Assembly (NCBI GenBank): GCA_963664195.1
Contig: OY760907.1
Coordinates: 2,912,001-2,976,000, forward strand
Direction of reading: 5' to 3'
Origin: an uncultured candidate division Zixibacteria bacterium
Lineage (GTDB): Bacteria; Zixibacteria; MSB-5A5; GN15; FEB-12
DNA: 64,000 nt
How positions within the stretch are numbered: position 1 is the first letter of the stretch; the number at the start of each line of letters is the position of its first letter. Position numbers and translations under genes: made by a program. The notes beneath the pieces were generated by a model that saw nothing but the letters and a program-made list of their open reading frames with translations, was not told the origin of the DNA and did no database searches. Positions 19,901-30,499 of this stretch are shown in pieces.

Positions 19901-22900
19901 ACCAGCCCGATGTCCAACGGGCTGACGAAGAAAGAGAACGTTGAGGGTAAACAAGACAATAACGGCAACTTCAACGACCACTGGCTTCGGTATGAATGGC
20001 AGAACGGCACCGAGGGCAACGAGCGGGAGGCCTCCAGGCAGGGCTTGCCCGATGAGGAGGCTATCGGTCCGGGACGCAGTTTCGAAAAAAACAATTCCTA
20101 TTTCAGTTTCAAGCTGCCGCTGGATCCGGCCGGGAACGAATTCGTAGTTGAGGGGTCGCAGAACCAGGACGGCTGGCTGACCTACCGTGTTCCCGTCAGG
20201 GACCCCGGTATCTTGGATTCGGTCATCGTGGACCAGGGTGTCGAGCCGGATTGGGCTAACGTAACGCACGTCAGATGCTGGTTCGAGATGGACTCAACCA
20301 TCGAGGACGGCGTAGACAGTCTTGGGAGCATAGACTCGCTGTGGATTGCTGATTGGGGTTTTATTCAATCAAGCTGGACAGATACGCTGATTCGGGTTGA
20401 CGCCTCCGATACAACAGCCAAGTTTCTGGTCGCGTCGGTCAGCGAAGAGAATGGTACATTCTCGCCACCACCGGGCGTCGAGGCGTACGAGGACAGGGTC
20501 AATAACGTTACGGAACAGCAGCGTGGTCTGGGGCTGGTTTATACTAATTTGCCGACCGATGACGAGGCAATTGCCACCAAGGATATGATCACAACAGAAT
20601 CGTATTCCGGTTACCGTCGCATGGAAATGTATGTACACGGACCTGAGGACATCGGAACCGACAGTATTCTGTTCTTCTTGAGATTTGGCAGAGACAGCGT
20701 CAATTTCTATGAATACCAGACATATCTGAAGTCTGGTTGGGACGAAGACAACTACGTAGATATCGATTTCAACGAGCTTACGGCGCTGAAGGATGCGGCC
20801 GATCTGAACCTTCAGAAGTCAAACTCAAACGAGCGACTCGACACGGTTGCTGTTCCCTATCGTGTACTGGGGCGGCCGAACATCAACGAAGTTCGCTTCT
20901 TCTCGGCTGGCGTTATCAACAAAAGCTCCCATCGTGTTACCGGTGAAGTCTGGCTGGATGAACTTCGAGTAACCGATGTGCGAAAGGATATCGGTACTGC
21001 CGCAAGAGTCGACGTGACCGGGACCATGGCGGACCTGATTTCCTACAACTTCGCTTACGAACACAAAGACCCGTATTTCCGCGGCTTGTCGCAGGCGACA
21101 CGGGGGGGATCGACCAACAACCTCGGCAGCGGAAAAGAGAACAACTCGTACTCTTACGGCGCCAGACTGAACCTCCACAAGTTTCTGCCGCCCTCATGGA
21201 AGGCAAGTCTGCCGGTATCAATTGGCTTCACCAGTACTGAGGAGATTCCTCTGCTGAGGACCAGTTCTGATGTTGTATTGCCTGACTCGGTACGTGAGAA
21301 GGAAAAAAGCACGTCGGAGAGTATGAAGCTTTCCGTTTCGGAGAAGTTCGGCAAAACGGGCAGTAACCTGCTCTTCAATGTTCTGCTGAATCGTCAGAAG
21401 GTCAGTTTCTCATACAACCGATCTACTCGGCGAAGTGTCAACAATCCGTACGTGTTTGCGGAGTCCTACAATATCCGGGCAGAATACAAGATGGGAATTG
21501 CCAGGGATGTCAGTGTGCCCATGTTCTTCTGGACCAAACCCCTGCCGATCCTGAAGAAGGCTTCAGAGTCGCGATTCTCATTCTTCCCGAAGACTTGGAA
21601 CTGGTCCGCTACGTTCGATAGATCGCTCAGGTCCAAGGATGATCAGGATTTGAAACGTACGTCGTCGTTCAGCCGAACGCTCGATGGTCAGATGAACATG
21701 ACGCACAATATCTTCCCGAACCTGATGGTGGCCTACAACTTCAACACCAAACGCGATCTGACCGACCCCGACCTGGTTAGTCTCACTCTGAGCGACCCCA
21801 AGCTTGGCGTGGAGAACAGCTACAGCCAGTCACTTCGTTCGACGTATGACCCGCAGTTGGTGTCATGGCTGTCGGGAGCGTTCTCTTACACTGCCACGTA
21901 TCAGGACACCTGGGATCGTACTTCGCGCACAAGGACCACCACGTTGAACAAGCAATGGTCGGTCAGCGGTGGTTTCCGCCACATTGACTTCCTCGGCGGC
22001 AAGCGGAAATCTGGTGGCCGTCGCAGCGCACAGCCCAGACGGGGCGGTGGTGGTCGAAGCGAGGAGGATTCGGGCAGCCCCTTTTACGAGCCGGTGCTGG
22101 CCGGAATGCGGTTCCTCACCGGTTGGATGAATCCGCTTACCTATAGTTATGGCGAGACCTTCAAGCAGAGTGCTCCGGGCGCGCAGGTGAAGCCAAACTG
22201 GAAATACCGTATGGGGTTCTCGACTGATATTGATTTCCCTATTGGCAACACGAATCGTAATCCGTCCGCAACGGAGAATGTCAACTACGAATTCGGCTCC
22301 GGGTTCAGTCTCCTCGGCGGGATAAGTACGAACGTCAGCTACAAGATGAGTACCAGCAGGGAATTGGTGAAGGTCGGTTCCGACAGGACAGAGAGTCGCT
22401 CCATCGGGTGGCCCACGCTGTCGCTTACCATTAAGAAGTTCACGTTCCTGCCGTTATTGAAAAAACCGGTCAACTGGTTCATTGGCGTGTTCTCGCCAAG
22501 AACAGGATACAGCCGTCAGGTTACGGAAACCGAGAATCTCGACCGTGGCTTCCTGAACAAGAAGAGCGAGACGATCAATCGTTCACCGATTATTCAGGTG
22601 ACCTTGAAGGTGATGCGGTCAATGTCCTTCTCAGGTTCTTTGGGAGAATCCCGCACGAATGACTGGACGTTTGACTACAGCGACGGAGCGTTACGTAATC
22701 GGTCGAAGTCTATTCGCAAAACGATAACCGTGTCCTCCAAGTACTCCTTCAGTGCGCCGGGCGGTATAAGGTTGCCTTTGTTTGGTCGGTTCAAGTTCAA
22801 GTCGCAAGTGACGTTTGACGTGAGCGTGAAGTTCAATTCCAACTACAAGGAAACACTGACACCGGGCAAGGGCTGGAGCGTCGGTACGGAGAACTCCAGT

Positions 22901-23047
22901 TTCACGGTCTCGCCGACTGTCTCCTACCTGTTCAGTCAGCAGATTCGCGGCGGCCTCTCCGGCCGGTGGCAGGATACCAAGGACGAGACGCGCAACACCA
23001 ATCGACACGCGCGCGAGATCTCAATCTGGACCGAAATCAAATTCTAG
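16931..23047 (+). CDS. sprA: SprA/Sov-like type IX secretion outer-membrane translocon
   Basis: 2038 aa, signal peptide, 'LRYKGDEDD...IEAGN', 'GLFGLK', 'YIDDFE', 'WGGIMR', 'EDVGLDG', 'GEVWLDELRV', long amphipathic beta-strand C-terminus ending in F. Confidence 0.82.
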   Translation: MVVSVLSVRKSIAFVVLLFLAVVPAYAQSSGIGFKVKLHDPPIVVAAYQERPDRLSAAILPLSHAYFEPFQKYAPKVEYGRAETNSLTLSTNYYKDLHLVPVSVDAQAYLAHRIEVRKQENRDRNLERSLKEAKEGKRREGLSIGVALPKRFNQMFGEGGANLRVSGYRRITFSGKSQWNDAANSGYTQQSKFPSLNMEQISRFDITGTIGTKISVKVSQDNQTDIPLANRILLRYKGDEDDVLKTIEAGNTTLNIPNTRFVGYSARIQGLFGLKAEAQLGSLRFIGIASQEKGSSEGASVSATGGQNADYVRDYNYEEGRIFDLGYKGWLNPGDSITQLVVFEQETNDQNLEAQEAELMIDPRNPLYEPVWSGTYRFKRLEPDTYELLYGQDPDYSPIALVFHTRKTRRAMGVVMEVKRENGSVERFGNTGVDSTGASADTLMALMPPSTIYTPNHPTWQLMWRNVYRIPQDVKAEDIEVKIYKGLKGLEGTSSSQEFQIVSGRSQGTYLEILGLDQYNNTFDTLLTPDGLLDDRPEVFRPDLGLLIFPAREPFNSDTVFEQTGGTYSPVLNEKVEQIYNFSSTTEKLESSEYYVQIISQGRSAIVRLGRANIIEGSERVTANGRVLTKGSDYNIQYDFGQVTLLSDEATDPNADIQIDFQYAPFLSLQKKTLLGLRTEYDYSDDLKLGATVLYKSDKAQDRKPRVGQETSKALVMDFDVSLGLDPSFLTSAVDALPLINTEAESQFNITAEVAQSRPNPNVDGAAYIDDFESAVEQLSLGLPRTVWTRASIPVPIDTIATETWTRGEMRWHNPRALNRESIYAGETAAGEGSLTPLRLIFRPRPFVRAKTPEGCDPELVMPSRSWGGIMRSFSGIDEKRVQTFEIRAKGGRGILHFDFGWISEDIDGDGRNDTEDTVSANGTLDEGEDVGLDGIEDAEEVDYCGQTAAESGNPDPAGDDWWYEGEGKGRPYEGNENGAPPVPESWWTDTSPMSNGLTKKENVEGKQDNNGNFNDHWLRYEWQNGTEGNEREASRQGLPDEEAIGPGRSFEKNNSYFSFKLPLDPAGNEFVVEGSQNQDGWLTYRVPVRDPGILDSVIVDQGVEPDWANVTHVRCWFEMDSTIEDGVDSLGSIDSLWIADWGFIQSSWTDTLIRVDASDTTAKFLVASVSEENGTFSPPPGVEAYEDRVNNVTEQQRGLGLVYTNLPTDDEAIATKDMITTESYSGYRRMEMYVHGPEDIGTDSILFFLRFGRDSVNFYEYQTYLKSGWDEDNYVDIDFNELTALKDAADLNLQKSNSNERLDTVAVPYRVLGRPNINEVRFFSAGVINKSSHRVTGEVWLDELRVTDVRKDIGTAARVDVTGTMADLISYNFAYEHKDPYFRGLSQATRGGSTNNLGSGKENNSYSYGARLNLHKFLPPSWKASLPVSIGFTSTEEIPLLRTSSDVVLPDSVREKEKSTSESMKLSVSEKFGKTGSNLLFNVLLNRQKVSFSYNRSTRRSVNNPYVFAESYNIRAEYKMGIARDVSVPMFFWTKPLPILKKASESRFSFFPKTWNWSATFDRSLRSKDDQDLKRTSSFSRTLDGQMNMTHNIFPNLMVAYNFNTKRDLTDPDLVSLTLSDPKLGVENSYSQSLRSTYDPQLVSWLSGAFSYTATYQDTWDRTSRTRTTTLNKQWSVSGGFRHIDFLGGKRKSGGRRSAQPRRGGGGRSEEDSGSPFYEPVLAGMRFLTGWMNPLTYSYGETFKQSAPGAQVKPNWKYRMGFSTDIDFPIGNTNRNPSATENVNYEFGSGFSLLGGISTNVSYKMSTSRELVKVGSDRTESRSIGWPTLSLTIKKFTFLPLLKKPVNWFIGVFSPRTGYSRQVTETENLDRGFLNKKSETINRSPIIQVTLKVMRSMSFSGSLGESRTNDWTFDYSDGALRNRSKSIRKTITVSSKYSFSAPGGIRLPLFGRFKFKSQVTFDVSVKFNSNYKETLTPGKGWSVGTENSSFTVSPTVSYLFSQQIRGGLSGRWQDTKDETRNTNRHAREISIWTEIKF

Positions 23048-23156
23048 CATCTTTTGTTTGACTTGCTCTCCCACAGGGATCAAATTGCTGGTCGGGTCGA
23101 CGAGTAGTCGGCCCGGCCGCTTTCGCTGATCGATAACCTTGACTACACAGGTGCCT

Positions 23157-24533
23157 ATGGCTCAGGATCAGATTACCACACCAAGAGATTTCCCTGCGGT
23201 GGAGGAGCTTCTTCAATCAAAAGAGCTTGAGCGGGAACTCCTGGCCGCTCCGCGACCGGAAGTGGCACAGGTTGTCAAGGATACGGTAGCGGCACTCAGG
23301 GAGAAGCTGGTACGGGAGGGCAAACCGCTTCCTCTCGCTAAGCTCTTCGATACTGTCCGAAGGGAGGTGCGTCGAAGAAGCAGGCGGAAGATATCTCGTG
23401 TCATAAACGCTACAGGTATTGTAGTGCATACTAATCTCGGCAGAGCGCCGTTGTCGGACGAGTTATTCGAGACTATCAAGCAAACGGTCACCGGCTACGG
23501 TAACATTGAATTCAACGTTGCCACAGGCAAGCGGGGTAAGCGGGGCGAAGCTGCCGAGGAATACCTGGCGATGCTCTCGGGCGCTGAGGCAGGCACGGTA
23601 GTCAACAACTGTGCGGCCGCTCTGTTTGTAATCCTGAACACACTGGCCAGCCGGACGAAGGTGCTGATCTCACGGGGCGAACTGGTGCAGATCGGCGGGG
23701 GGTTCCGTATCCCTGACATTCTGAAACGATCCGGCGCAAAACTCTGTGAGGTCGGCTCGACAAACATTACTAATCTTGCTGATTACGAAAGCGCTATCGA
23801 TGACAAGACGGGGTTGATCCTCAAGGTACATAAGAGCAATTTCGTTCAGGCGGGATTCACCGAGGAGGTTCCCCTCAAGAAATTGGTGGAGCTTGGTCGC
23901 AAGTATGCCGTGCCGGTACTGAATGATCTCGGCAGCGGAACGTTCGTGCAGACGCGGGGGATGATTGGTTACGACGAACCAACCGTGCAGGATTCGGTTC
24001 GTGCAGGGGCGTCGTTGACCTGTTTCTCCGGGGACAAGCTGCTGGGTGGGGGACAGGCCGGACTCATAGTCGGACAGGCCAACCTGGTAAGGAAAGTCAA
24101 AAAGAACCCGATCTTCAGGGCGGTGCGCGTAGATAAGATCGTTTTTTCGATGCTTGAGAAACTGCTTTCGATCTACCTGAACGGAACGTACGAAAACGAT
24201 ATCAAACTCTGGCATATCATGTCAGAACCGGTTAGCGTGTTGCGAGATCGCGCTGAGAAGATTCTCACCGATCTGGGAAGACCTTCCGGGATTTCAGTAG
24301 GGGAAACTGCCGGTCTTGTCGGGGGCGGATCACTGCCCGAGCAATCAATTGCCTCGGCCGGACTTGTGTTCTCGGAGGAATACGATGCGGTGAAACTCAA
24401 CAACTCGCTTCGGGCCCTCGACCTGCCGGTGATTGGCAGGATAGACGATGATCGGTTCATTCTCGACCTGAAAGCGGTCGATGAATCGGACATCCCCTTG
24501 CTGACAGAGTCAATCACAGCAGTGTTGCCATAG
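23157..24533 (+). CDS. selA: L-seryl-tRNA(Sec) selenium transferase SelA
   Basis: [49 protein letters not shown] (PLP Lys); alternative TTG start at 23139. Confidence 0.96.
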   Translation: MAQDQITTPRDFPAVEELLQSKELERELLAAPRPEVAQVVKDTVAALREKLVREGKPLPLAKLFDTVRREVRRRSRRKISRVINATGIVVHTNLGRAPLSDELFETIKQTVTGYGNIEFNVATGKRGKRGEAAEEYLAMLSGAEAGTVVNNCAAALFVILNTLASRTKVLISRGELVQIGGGFRIPDILKRSGAKLCEVGSTNITNLADYESAIDDKTGLILKVHKSNFVQAGFTEEVPLKKLVELGRKYAVPVLNDLGSGTFVQTRGMIGYDEPTVQDSVRAGASLTCFSGDKLLGGGQAGLIVGQANLVRKVKKNPIFRAVRVDKIVFSMLEKLLSIYLNGTYENDIKLWHIMSEPVSVLRDRAEKILTDLGRPSGISVGETAGLVGGGSLPEQSIASAGLVFSEEYDAVKLNNSLRALDLPVIGRIDDDRFILDLKAVDESDIPLLTESITAVLP

Positions 24534-24552
24534 CGAACTCAACGAGACCAGC

Positions 24553-26442
24553 ATGATTGTCATTGGAACCGCAGGACATATCGACCACGGCAAATCGGCC
24601 ATTGTCAAGCGGCTGACCGGTACCGATCCGGACCGTCTGCCGGAAGAGAAGTCGCGCGGCATGACAATCGATCTCGGGTTTGCGTTTTACAGCGCGTCTG
24701 GCGGAGGCAGTATCGCGCTGGTCGACGTGCCGGGGCATGAACGGTTCGTGCGCAATATGATTGCCGGGGCAGGCGGTATCGATGCCGTTATGCTGGTGAT
24801 TGCCGCCGACGACGGCTGGATGCCACAGAGCGAGGAGCACTTCCAGATTACGAGACTGCTTGGCGTTCGTCACGGACTGATCGTTATCAACAAGACCGAC
24901 CTTGTGGAACCGGATTGGCTCGAACTCCTCGAACAGGATGTAAGAGACCGGGTGCAGGGTTCGTTCCTGCAGGATGCCCCGATATTCAAAGTTTCCGCTC
25001 AGACCGGCGACGGATTCGAAGCTCTGTCGGCACATCTTGATCTACTGGGGACGCAACTCGAGGCCAGACGAGACTTTGGCAAGGCGCGGTTGTATGTAGA
25101 CCGCTCGTTCATTCGACAGGGGATTGGCGGTGTGGTCACCGGGACCCTGCGTGGCGGAAGTTTCAAGGTCGGCCAGACAGTATCTGTGTGGCCGTCCTGC
25201 AAAAAGGGGAAAATCCGTACGCTGCAATCCAACGGTGTCGATGTCGGGCAGGCCACGCCCGGCCAACGTACGGCTGTCTCGCTGACGAGTGTCGACCGGG
25301 AGTTTCTCATTCGTGGCGGAGTGATCTCTGACAGACTTGATCTTGACTATTTCAACCGGCATCCGGTTCTGGCTGTATCGACTGAGATGCTGCACAACGC
25401 ACCCTTTCCGCTGATGGACCGTCGTCGCGCTCTGTTTATAGTCGGGACCACCGAGGTCGAGGGAGAGATTCGGCTGATGGGGCAGAAAGCGATTGGTCCG
25501 TCCGAGAGCGGCATTGCTTTTTTCAAGCCCGACAATCCGGTGTACGCTCTGGTTGGAGATCGTTTCATCCTCAGGCTGCCGACACCGATGGTCTCGCTCG
25601 GCGGTGGCAGCGTGCTTGATCACCTGGCGCATTTCCCGCGCCGCAAACAGATGGACCAGTTCTCGTATCTCGAGGAGCGCGTAGGAAACGACCTGAAACC
25701 GCTGGCCATCTCAGAGCTGCGGAAAAGACTCATCGTGCCTGAAACCGAATTGCTGCGAGACGCCGATTTTGGCTCGGCAGAGATCCGTGCCACGGTCGAA
25801 GAGTTGACCGGCAACAGTACTGTGGGTTGCCTTCAGAGTCATTTGTTTCTGATCCAGCAGCTAACAGAGACCGTGGACGCCCTTCAGGTGGCAATGGAAG
25901 AGCACCTGCAAGAAAACCCGCATCTGAAAGGTTTGCCTGTTGAGACACTTGCCAAATTCGTTGCTATGGGCCGGCCGGTTATGACGCTGGTACTGGAATA
26001 TATGATCGAAAAGGGAATACTGGCCCGGACCGCCGATCTGTACAATTTGGCGGGGCGAGGAATGAGCCTGAAGGGGGTCATCAAACAGGCTCACGACGAG
26101 ATCATGGCGGAACTTGAAGCTCACCCGTATGATCCGCCGCTGCTGGCCAGTTTGGCGGCGAAGGGCAAAATACATCAGAATGCGATCAAGTACACAATCG
26201 ATTCCGGCGAGTGCTACAAGTGTGGCTCCAACTTCCTCTTTCTGTCCAGCGTCTGGAAGGAAATAGTCGACTTTGTTCGTGAGCGGCTTGATGCCGATGG
26301 CGAGATGGCGGTCGCGGACCTGAAGGACCGTTTCGGGTTCACTCGCAAATATACGATTCCAATTCTGGAAGAGACCGACAGAAAGGGTCTGACCGAACGT
26401 CAGGGTGACTTCAGAGTCAAAGGAGACAAGTATGAAGGCTAA
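24553..26442 (+). CDS. selB: Selenocysteine-specific elongation factor SelB
   Basis: [36 protein letters not shown]-terminal winged helix 'TRKY.IP.LE..D'. Confidence 0.96.
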   Translation: MIVIGTAGHIDHGKSAIVKRLTGTDPDRLPEEKSRGMTIDLGFAFYSASGGGSIALVDVPGHERFVRNMIAGAGGIDAVMLVIAADDGWMPQSEEHFQITRLLGVRHGLIVINKTDLVEPDWLELLEQDVRDRVQGSFLQDAPIFKVSAQTGDGFEALSAHLDLLGTQLEARRDFGKARLYVDRSFIRQGIGGVVTGTLRGGSFKVGQTVSVWPSCKKGKIRTLQSNGVDVGQATPGQRTAVSLTSVDREFLIRGGVISDRLDLDYFNRHPVLAVSTEMLHNAPFPLMDRRRALFIVGTTEVEGEIRLMGQKAIGPSESGIAFFKPDNPVYALVGDRFILRLPTPMVSLGGGSVLDHLAHFPRRKQMDQFSYLEERVGNDLKPLAISELRKRLIVPETELLRDADFGSAEIRATVEELTGNSTVGCLQSHLFLIQQLTETVDALQVAMEEHLQENPHLKGLPVETLAKFVAMGRPVMTLVLEYMIEKGILARTADLYNLAGRGMSLKGVIKQAHDEIMAELEAHPYDPPLLASLAAKGKIHQNAIKYTIDSGECYKCGSNFLFLSSVWKEIVDFVRERLDADGEMAVADLKDRFGFTRKYTIPILEETDRKGLTERQGDFRVKGDKYEG

Positions 26443-28018
26443 GCTTCTGTTCCATAACGGACGAATCCACACCCAGGCCGATTCCCAGGTCGCCGATTCC
26501 ATGGCCGTTTATAGAAATCGCATTGTGGCGGTCGGTAAACGTTTGGAAGCCGATCCCGATTTCGACGCTTATGACCGGATTGACTTGATCGGTCGTTTCG
26601 TTTGTCCGGGGTTTGTTGATGCTCACACCCATTTCTACAACATGGCAATATTCCTCGGCCGCGTAAATCTCTCCGGCGTAGATTCGATTAAGAAATGTCT
26701 CAACAAAATCAAGAAACACGCCGCCGGTATGCCCAAGAATGCGTGGGTGGTGGGAAACGGGTATTCTCCCGACGCGTTCGCAGGGCGGGCAGAGCCGGAT
26801 CGCTTCATGCTCGACAAGGTCACCGGCGATCGCCCGGCATTCATGTTTGCCAAAGACATGCACTCGGCCTGGGTGAACAGCAGAGCGCTGGAACTGGCCG
26901 GGATCAACGCCAACACGACCAATCCTGACGGGGGAGAGATCGTCCGCCTCGACGACGGCACCCCCGCCGGTCTTCTCCGCGAGATCCCCGGCTACGAACC
27001 TGTCTGGGCACGGATTCCCGCACCCTCGAAAAGCGAACAGGACCGACTCTACAAGCGGGCTTTGGAGCTTGCTTACAAAAAGGGAGTGACCGGTGTGCAT
27101 TCGTTCGACGGTCCCGAGGCGTTTTCATATTACGCCGACCTCGCCGAGAAAAACAAGCTCGGCCTCCGGATCAACTACTACCCCAACGAGAGTTTGCTCT
27201 CACGCCTTGAAGTGACAAAAACGGTCTACGGCACCGGCAACGATTTCTTCCGGATTGCCGGGATAAAGATATTCTCCGATGGCGCCCTCGGCAGTCAAAC
27301 CGGACTCTGTTTTCACAAGTACATAGGGAGCAGGAGCAATTGCGGCATTGAGGTTGCTTCCTCTACTGTCATGAGAAAGCTGGCGAATCGTGCCGCCAAA
27401 CTCGGTCTGCCGTGCGCCATTCACGCTATCGGCGACAAGGCCGTAGCCAACGTGCTGGATGCCTTCGAGGCCGCCAGGCCCCCCAAAGGTGGAGCCAGGC
27501 ACCGGATCGAGCACCTGCAGTTGTGTCGTAAGAAAGACCTCTTACGCCTGAAACGACTCGACGTCGTAGCTTCCATGCAGCCCTCACACTGTCCGTCTGA
27601 TATCGACATGGTGCGCAAATACTGGGGGAAAAGAGGCGCCAATGCCTATCTTTTCAAGTCGGTTCTCGACAAGAAGATCGATCTTGCCTTTGGCTCCGAC
27701 GTTCCCATTGAGCCGCTTGATCCTATCGCCGGTATCGCTGCGGCGGTCAGGCGGGCGAGACCAGGTTCACGGGATGTCTTTTATCCTGAGGAGCGGCTAA
27801 CTGCCGTCCAGGCCTTGCACGCCTTTACGGCTGGCGCGGCGATTGCCAGCGGACAGCAGCATTGCCGAGGATATTTGTTGCCTGAATATCCGGCTGACTT
27901 CGTCGTACTTAGTCAGGACATAACTAAGATTGCTCCCTCGCGAATTCAGGATACGAAGGTGCTGGCGACCGTTCTGGATGGAACAATCAAGTACGCTGCC
28001 CGTTCAATTAATTGGTAA
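26432..28018 (+). CDS. Amidohydrolase 3 (YtcJ-like) metal-dependent hydrolase
   Basis: PGFVDAHTH, HSAWVNS.AL, K.FSDGALGS, HAIGD, RIEH, FGSD.P; start ATG 26432 with AGGAG RBS, overlapping the selB end. Confidence 0.88.
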   Translation: MKAKLLFHNGRIHTQADSQVADSMAVYRNRIVAVGKRLEADPDFDAYDRIDLIGRFVCPGFVDAHTHFYNMAIFLGRVNLSGVDSIKKCLNKIKKHAAGMPKNAWVVGNGYSPDAFAGRAEPDRFMLDKVTGDRPAFMFAKDMHSAWVNSRALELAGINANTTNPDGGEIVRLDDGTPAGLLREIPGYEPVWARIPAPSKSEQDRLYKRALELAYKKGVTGVHSFDGPEAFSYYADLAEKNKLGLRINYYPNESLLSRLEVTKTVYGTGNDFFRIAGIKIFSDGALGSQTGLCFHKYIGSRSNCGIEVASSTVMRKLANRAAKLGLPCAIHAIGDKAVANVLDAFEAARPPKGGARHRIEHLQLCRKKDLLRLKRLDVVASMQPSHCPSDIDMVRKYWGKRGANAYLFKSVLDKKIDLAFGSDVPIEPLDPIAGIAAAVRRARPGSRDVFYPEERLTAVQALHAFTAGAAIASGQQHCRGYLLPEYPADFVVLSQDITKIAPSRIQDTKVLATVLDGTIKYAARSINW

Positions 28019-28145
28019 ACCGGCTTTGCTGATCATGCCCCGATGGGTCGTCGAACCGTATGATCTGAAACTGTTCTGCTGACCGTTTTGATTTGACTTC
28101 GCAGCGTGCGCGAGTGATATTGAAAGAACAGGGGAAGGTGTTTTT

Positions 28146-29477
28146 ATGAGACATGCACTAATCACGACGTTACTCGGGCTGTTGCTCTTCTCTGTCGTCC
28201 TGTCCGGTCCTGCGGGAGCACAGGTGCCGGATTCTGTCGAAGTCACAAAGCCGGTGTCGGCTGTCGAGAAGGAATCGCTTGTCTACATCATGGAGCTTGA
28301 GGGAGCTATCGGTGTCGTCACCGATATGCGTATCCAGGATGCGATTTCCCTGGCCGAAGAGAACGACGCTGAACTTCTTGTGATCATGCTGGACACGCCG
28401 GGCGGGTTTGTCAACGCTACCTGGTCGATTTGTAAGAACATGCTTAACAGCCCCGTGCCGATCTGTGTGTATATTGGACCTTCCGGCGCCAGGGCGGGTT
28501 CCGCCGGCGTGTACATGACGTACGCCGCGCATATTGCGGCCATGGCGCCATCAACAAATATCGGTGCGGCGCATCCGGTCTCCGGCGGGGGACAGGAAAT
28601 CGACTCCGTGATGAACGAGAAGATCACCAACGACGCTGTCGCCCAGATCAAAGCTGCCGCCGAAAAACGTGGTCGGAATGCGGAATGGGCCGAGGAAGCC
28701 GTTCGAAAATCGGTATCGATTACGAACAAGGAGGCGCTTGAAATCGGCGTGATCGACCTCATCGCGAGTGATCTTGACGATCTATACGCACAGCTCGACG
28801 GGCACACTGTGGAACTCCCCAACGGCAAGAAGGCCCTCGCGCTTGCCGGCGTCGTCACCGAGCGGCTGAAGACCACCTTCGTTCAGCGGCTGTTGCAGGT
28901 GGTAGCTGACCCGAATATCGTTTTTATCTTGTTCTCAATAGGTGGACTGGGGCTTGTCCTGGAGCTCTACAATCCGGGAGCCATTCTTCCGGGCGTTGTG
29001 GGCGCAATCTCCTTGATACTGGCCTTCTGGGCATCTTCGGTACTGCCGATCAATTACGCGGGGGTGGCTCTGATTTTGCTTGCTGTAATCCTGTTCATCG
29101 CTGAAATCAAAATACCCTCGGCGGGTCTATTGACTGTCGGTGGAGTAATCTCTCTGTTCCTGGGAGGGCTTATGTTGATCGATACTGTGGATCCCAGCCT
29201 CCAGGTCTCGAAGACCCTGCTGGTCACGGTTGCCCTGTGTGTTGGTGTGATTGTCGCACTGGTGATCTTCTTCGTCGTCAAAGCGCAACGAAACAAGCCT
29301 TTCATAGGGGAGAGCGGATTGATCGGCAAACTGGCCGAAGTGCGCCGCAACGGACTGGTGTATGTCGACGGTGCTCTCTGGAAGGCGGAGGGAGTCGACG
29401 GTCTCGAATCGGGAACGAAAGTGGAAATTGTCGGGGTCGACAATCTGGTTCTGAAAGTCAAAACGTCAAAGTCATAA
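28146..29477 (+). CDS. nfeD: NfeD (long form): ClpP-like serine protease + TM + OB fold
   Basis: LDTPGG, AGSAG, AAMAPSTNIGAAHPV, TM bundle, C-terminal 'VYVDGALWKA'. Confidence 0.9.
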   Translation: MRHALITTLLGLLLFSVVLSGPAGAQVPDSVEVTKPVSAVEKESLVYIMELEGAIGVVTDMRIQDAISLAEENDAELLVIMLDTPGGFVNATWSICKNMLNSPVPICVYIGPSGARAGSAGVYMTYAAHIAAMAPSTNIGAAHPVSGGGQEIDSVMNEKITNDAVAQIKAAAEKRGRNAEWAEEAVRKSVSITNKEALEIGVIDLIASDLDDLYAQLDGHTVELPNGKKALALAGVVTERLKTTFVQRLLQVVADPNIVFILFSIGGLGLVLELYNPGAILPGVVGAISLILAFWASSVLPINYAGVALILLAVILFIAEIKIPSAGLLTVGGVISLFLGGLMLIDTVDPSLQVSKTLLVTVALCVGVIVALVIFFVVKAQRNKPFIGESGLIGKLAEVRRNGLVYVDGALWKAEGVDGLESGTKVEIVGVDNLVLKVKTSKS

Positions 29478-29492
29478 ACGAGGGTTGAAAAG

Positions 29493-30278
29493 ATGAATGC
29501 TGCTCCAGGTGTAGGTGTATTGATAATTGTATTCTTCGGGCTGATTCTCCTGTTCAATATGATCAAGGTGCTCAAGGAGTACGAGCGCGGCGTGATTTTC
29601 CGATTGGGTCGTCTGATCGGTGCGAAAGGTCCCGGACTGATAATCCTCATACCGATCGTTGATAAGATGGTGCGAGTGGACCTTCGCGTCATCACGTACG
29701 ACGTTCCCGCGCAGGACGTGATTACCAAAGACAACGTGTCCGTCAAAGTCAACGCGGTCCTGTATTTCCAGGTGATGGATCCGAACAAGGCGATAGTGTC
29801 GGTGGCGAACTTCTTTGAGGCGACCTCACAGATTGCTCAGACGACCCTTCGTTCCGTTCTCGGACAGGTGGAACTGGATGAACTTCTGACGAATCGAGAC
29901 AAGATCAACGCCGAACTACAGCAGATCATTGACGAACAGACTGAGCCATGGGGTATCAAAGTTTCCGTGGTGGAGGTCAAGAATGTCGACCTGCCGATAG
30001 AAATGCAGCGTGCCATGGCCAAGCAGGCGGAGGCCGAGCGTGAACGTCGCGCCAAGGTCATCCATGCGGACGGTGAATTTCAGGCATCAGCGAAACTGGC
30101 CGAGGCGGCGACAGTTATCGGGACAGCTCCCAACGCGATGCAGCTTCGTTTCCTCCAGACGTTGACAGAGGTGGCAGCGGAAAAGAACTCGACCATGATC
30201 TTCCCGGTTCCCGTCGACCTGCTGAGTGCCTTCACGAAGTATCTTGACGGCAACACGCCCGGCGGGGAGAAGGGGTAG
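29493..30278 (+). CDS. Stomatin/SPFH (slipin) family protein
   Basis: [35 protein letters not shown]; canonical partner of nfeD. Confidence 0.93.
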   Translation: MNAAPGVGVLIIVFFGLILLFNMIKVLKEYERGVIFRLGRLIGAKGPGLIILIPIVDKMVRVDLRVITYDVPAQDVITKDNVSVKVNAVLYFQVMDPNKAIVSVANFFEATSQIAQTTLRSVLGQVELDELLTNRDKINAELQQIIDEQTEPWGIKVSVVEVKNVDLPIEMQRAMAKQAEAERERRAKVIHADGEFQASAKLAEAATVIGTAPNAMQLRFLQTLTEVAAEKNSTMIFPVPVDLLSAFTKYLDGNTPGGEKG

Positions 30279-30280
30279 TT

Positions 30281-30417
30281 GTAGGTCGGCGTTCCGAGCG
30301 TTGACCGATTGAGCGAGAAACCCGACATCTTGTGCGGGTTGAAAACGAACGAGACTTGTAGGGAAGGTTCGTCTTCGAACCTGCCGAAAGGTCGAGCCTT
30401 CTTGAGGCTCGACTACA
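30281..30417. repeat. Cluster of GTAG-initiated REP-like palindromes
   Basis: GTAGGTCGG...AAACCCGAC; GTAGGGAAGGTTCGTCTTCGAACCTGCC; inverted TGTAGTCGAGCCTCAAGAAGGCTCGACC on the minus strand. Confidence 0.65.
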
Positions 30418-30429
30418 AACGAATATCCA

Positions 30430-30469
30430 AAAAGGGGCAGAGCTACATAGATTGTGGCCTGCCCCTTTT
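30430..30469. terminator. Bidirectional intrinsic terminator-like hairpin
   Basis: AAAAGGGGCAG...CTGCCCCTTTT with A and T tracts. Confidence 0.6.
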
Positions 30470-30499
30470 CTTCAACGGCACTGGGTGAGGACACGACAT

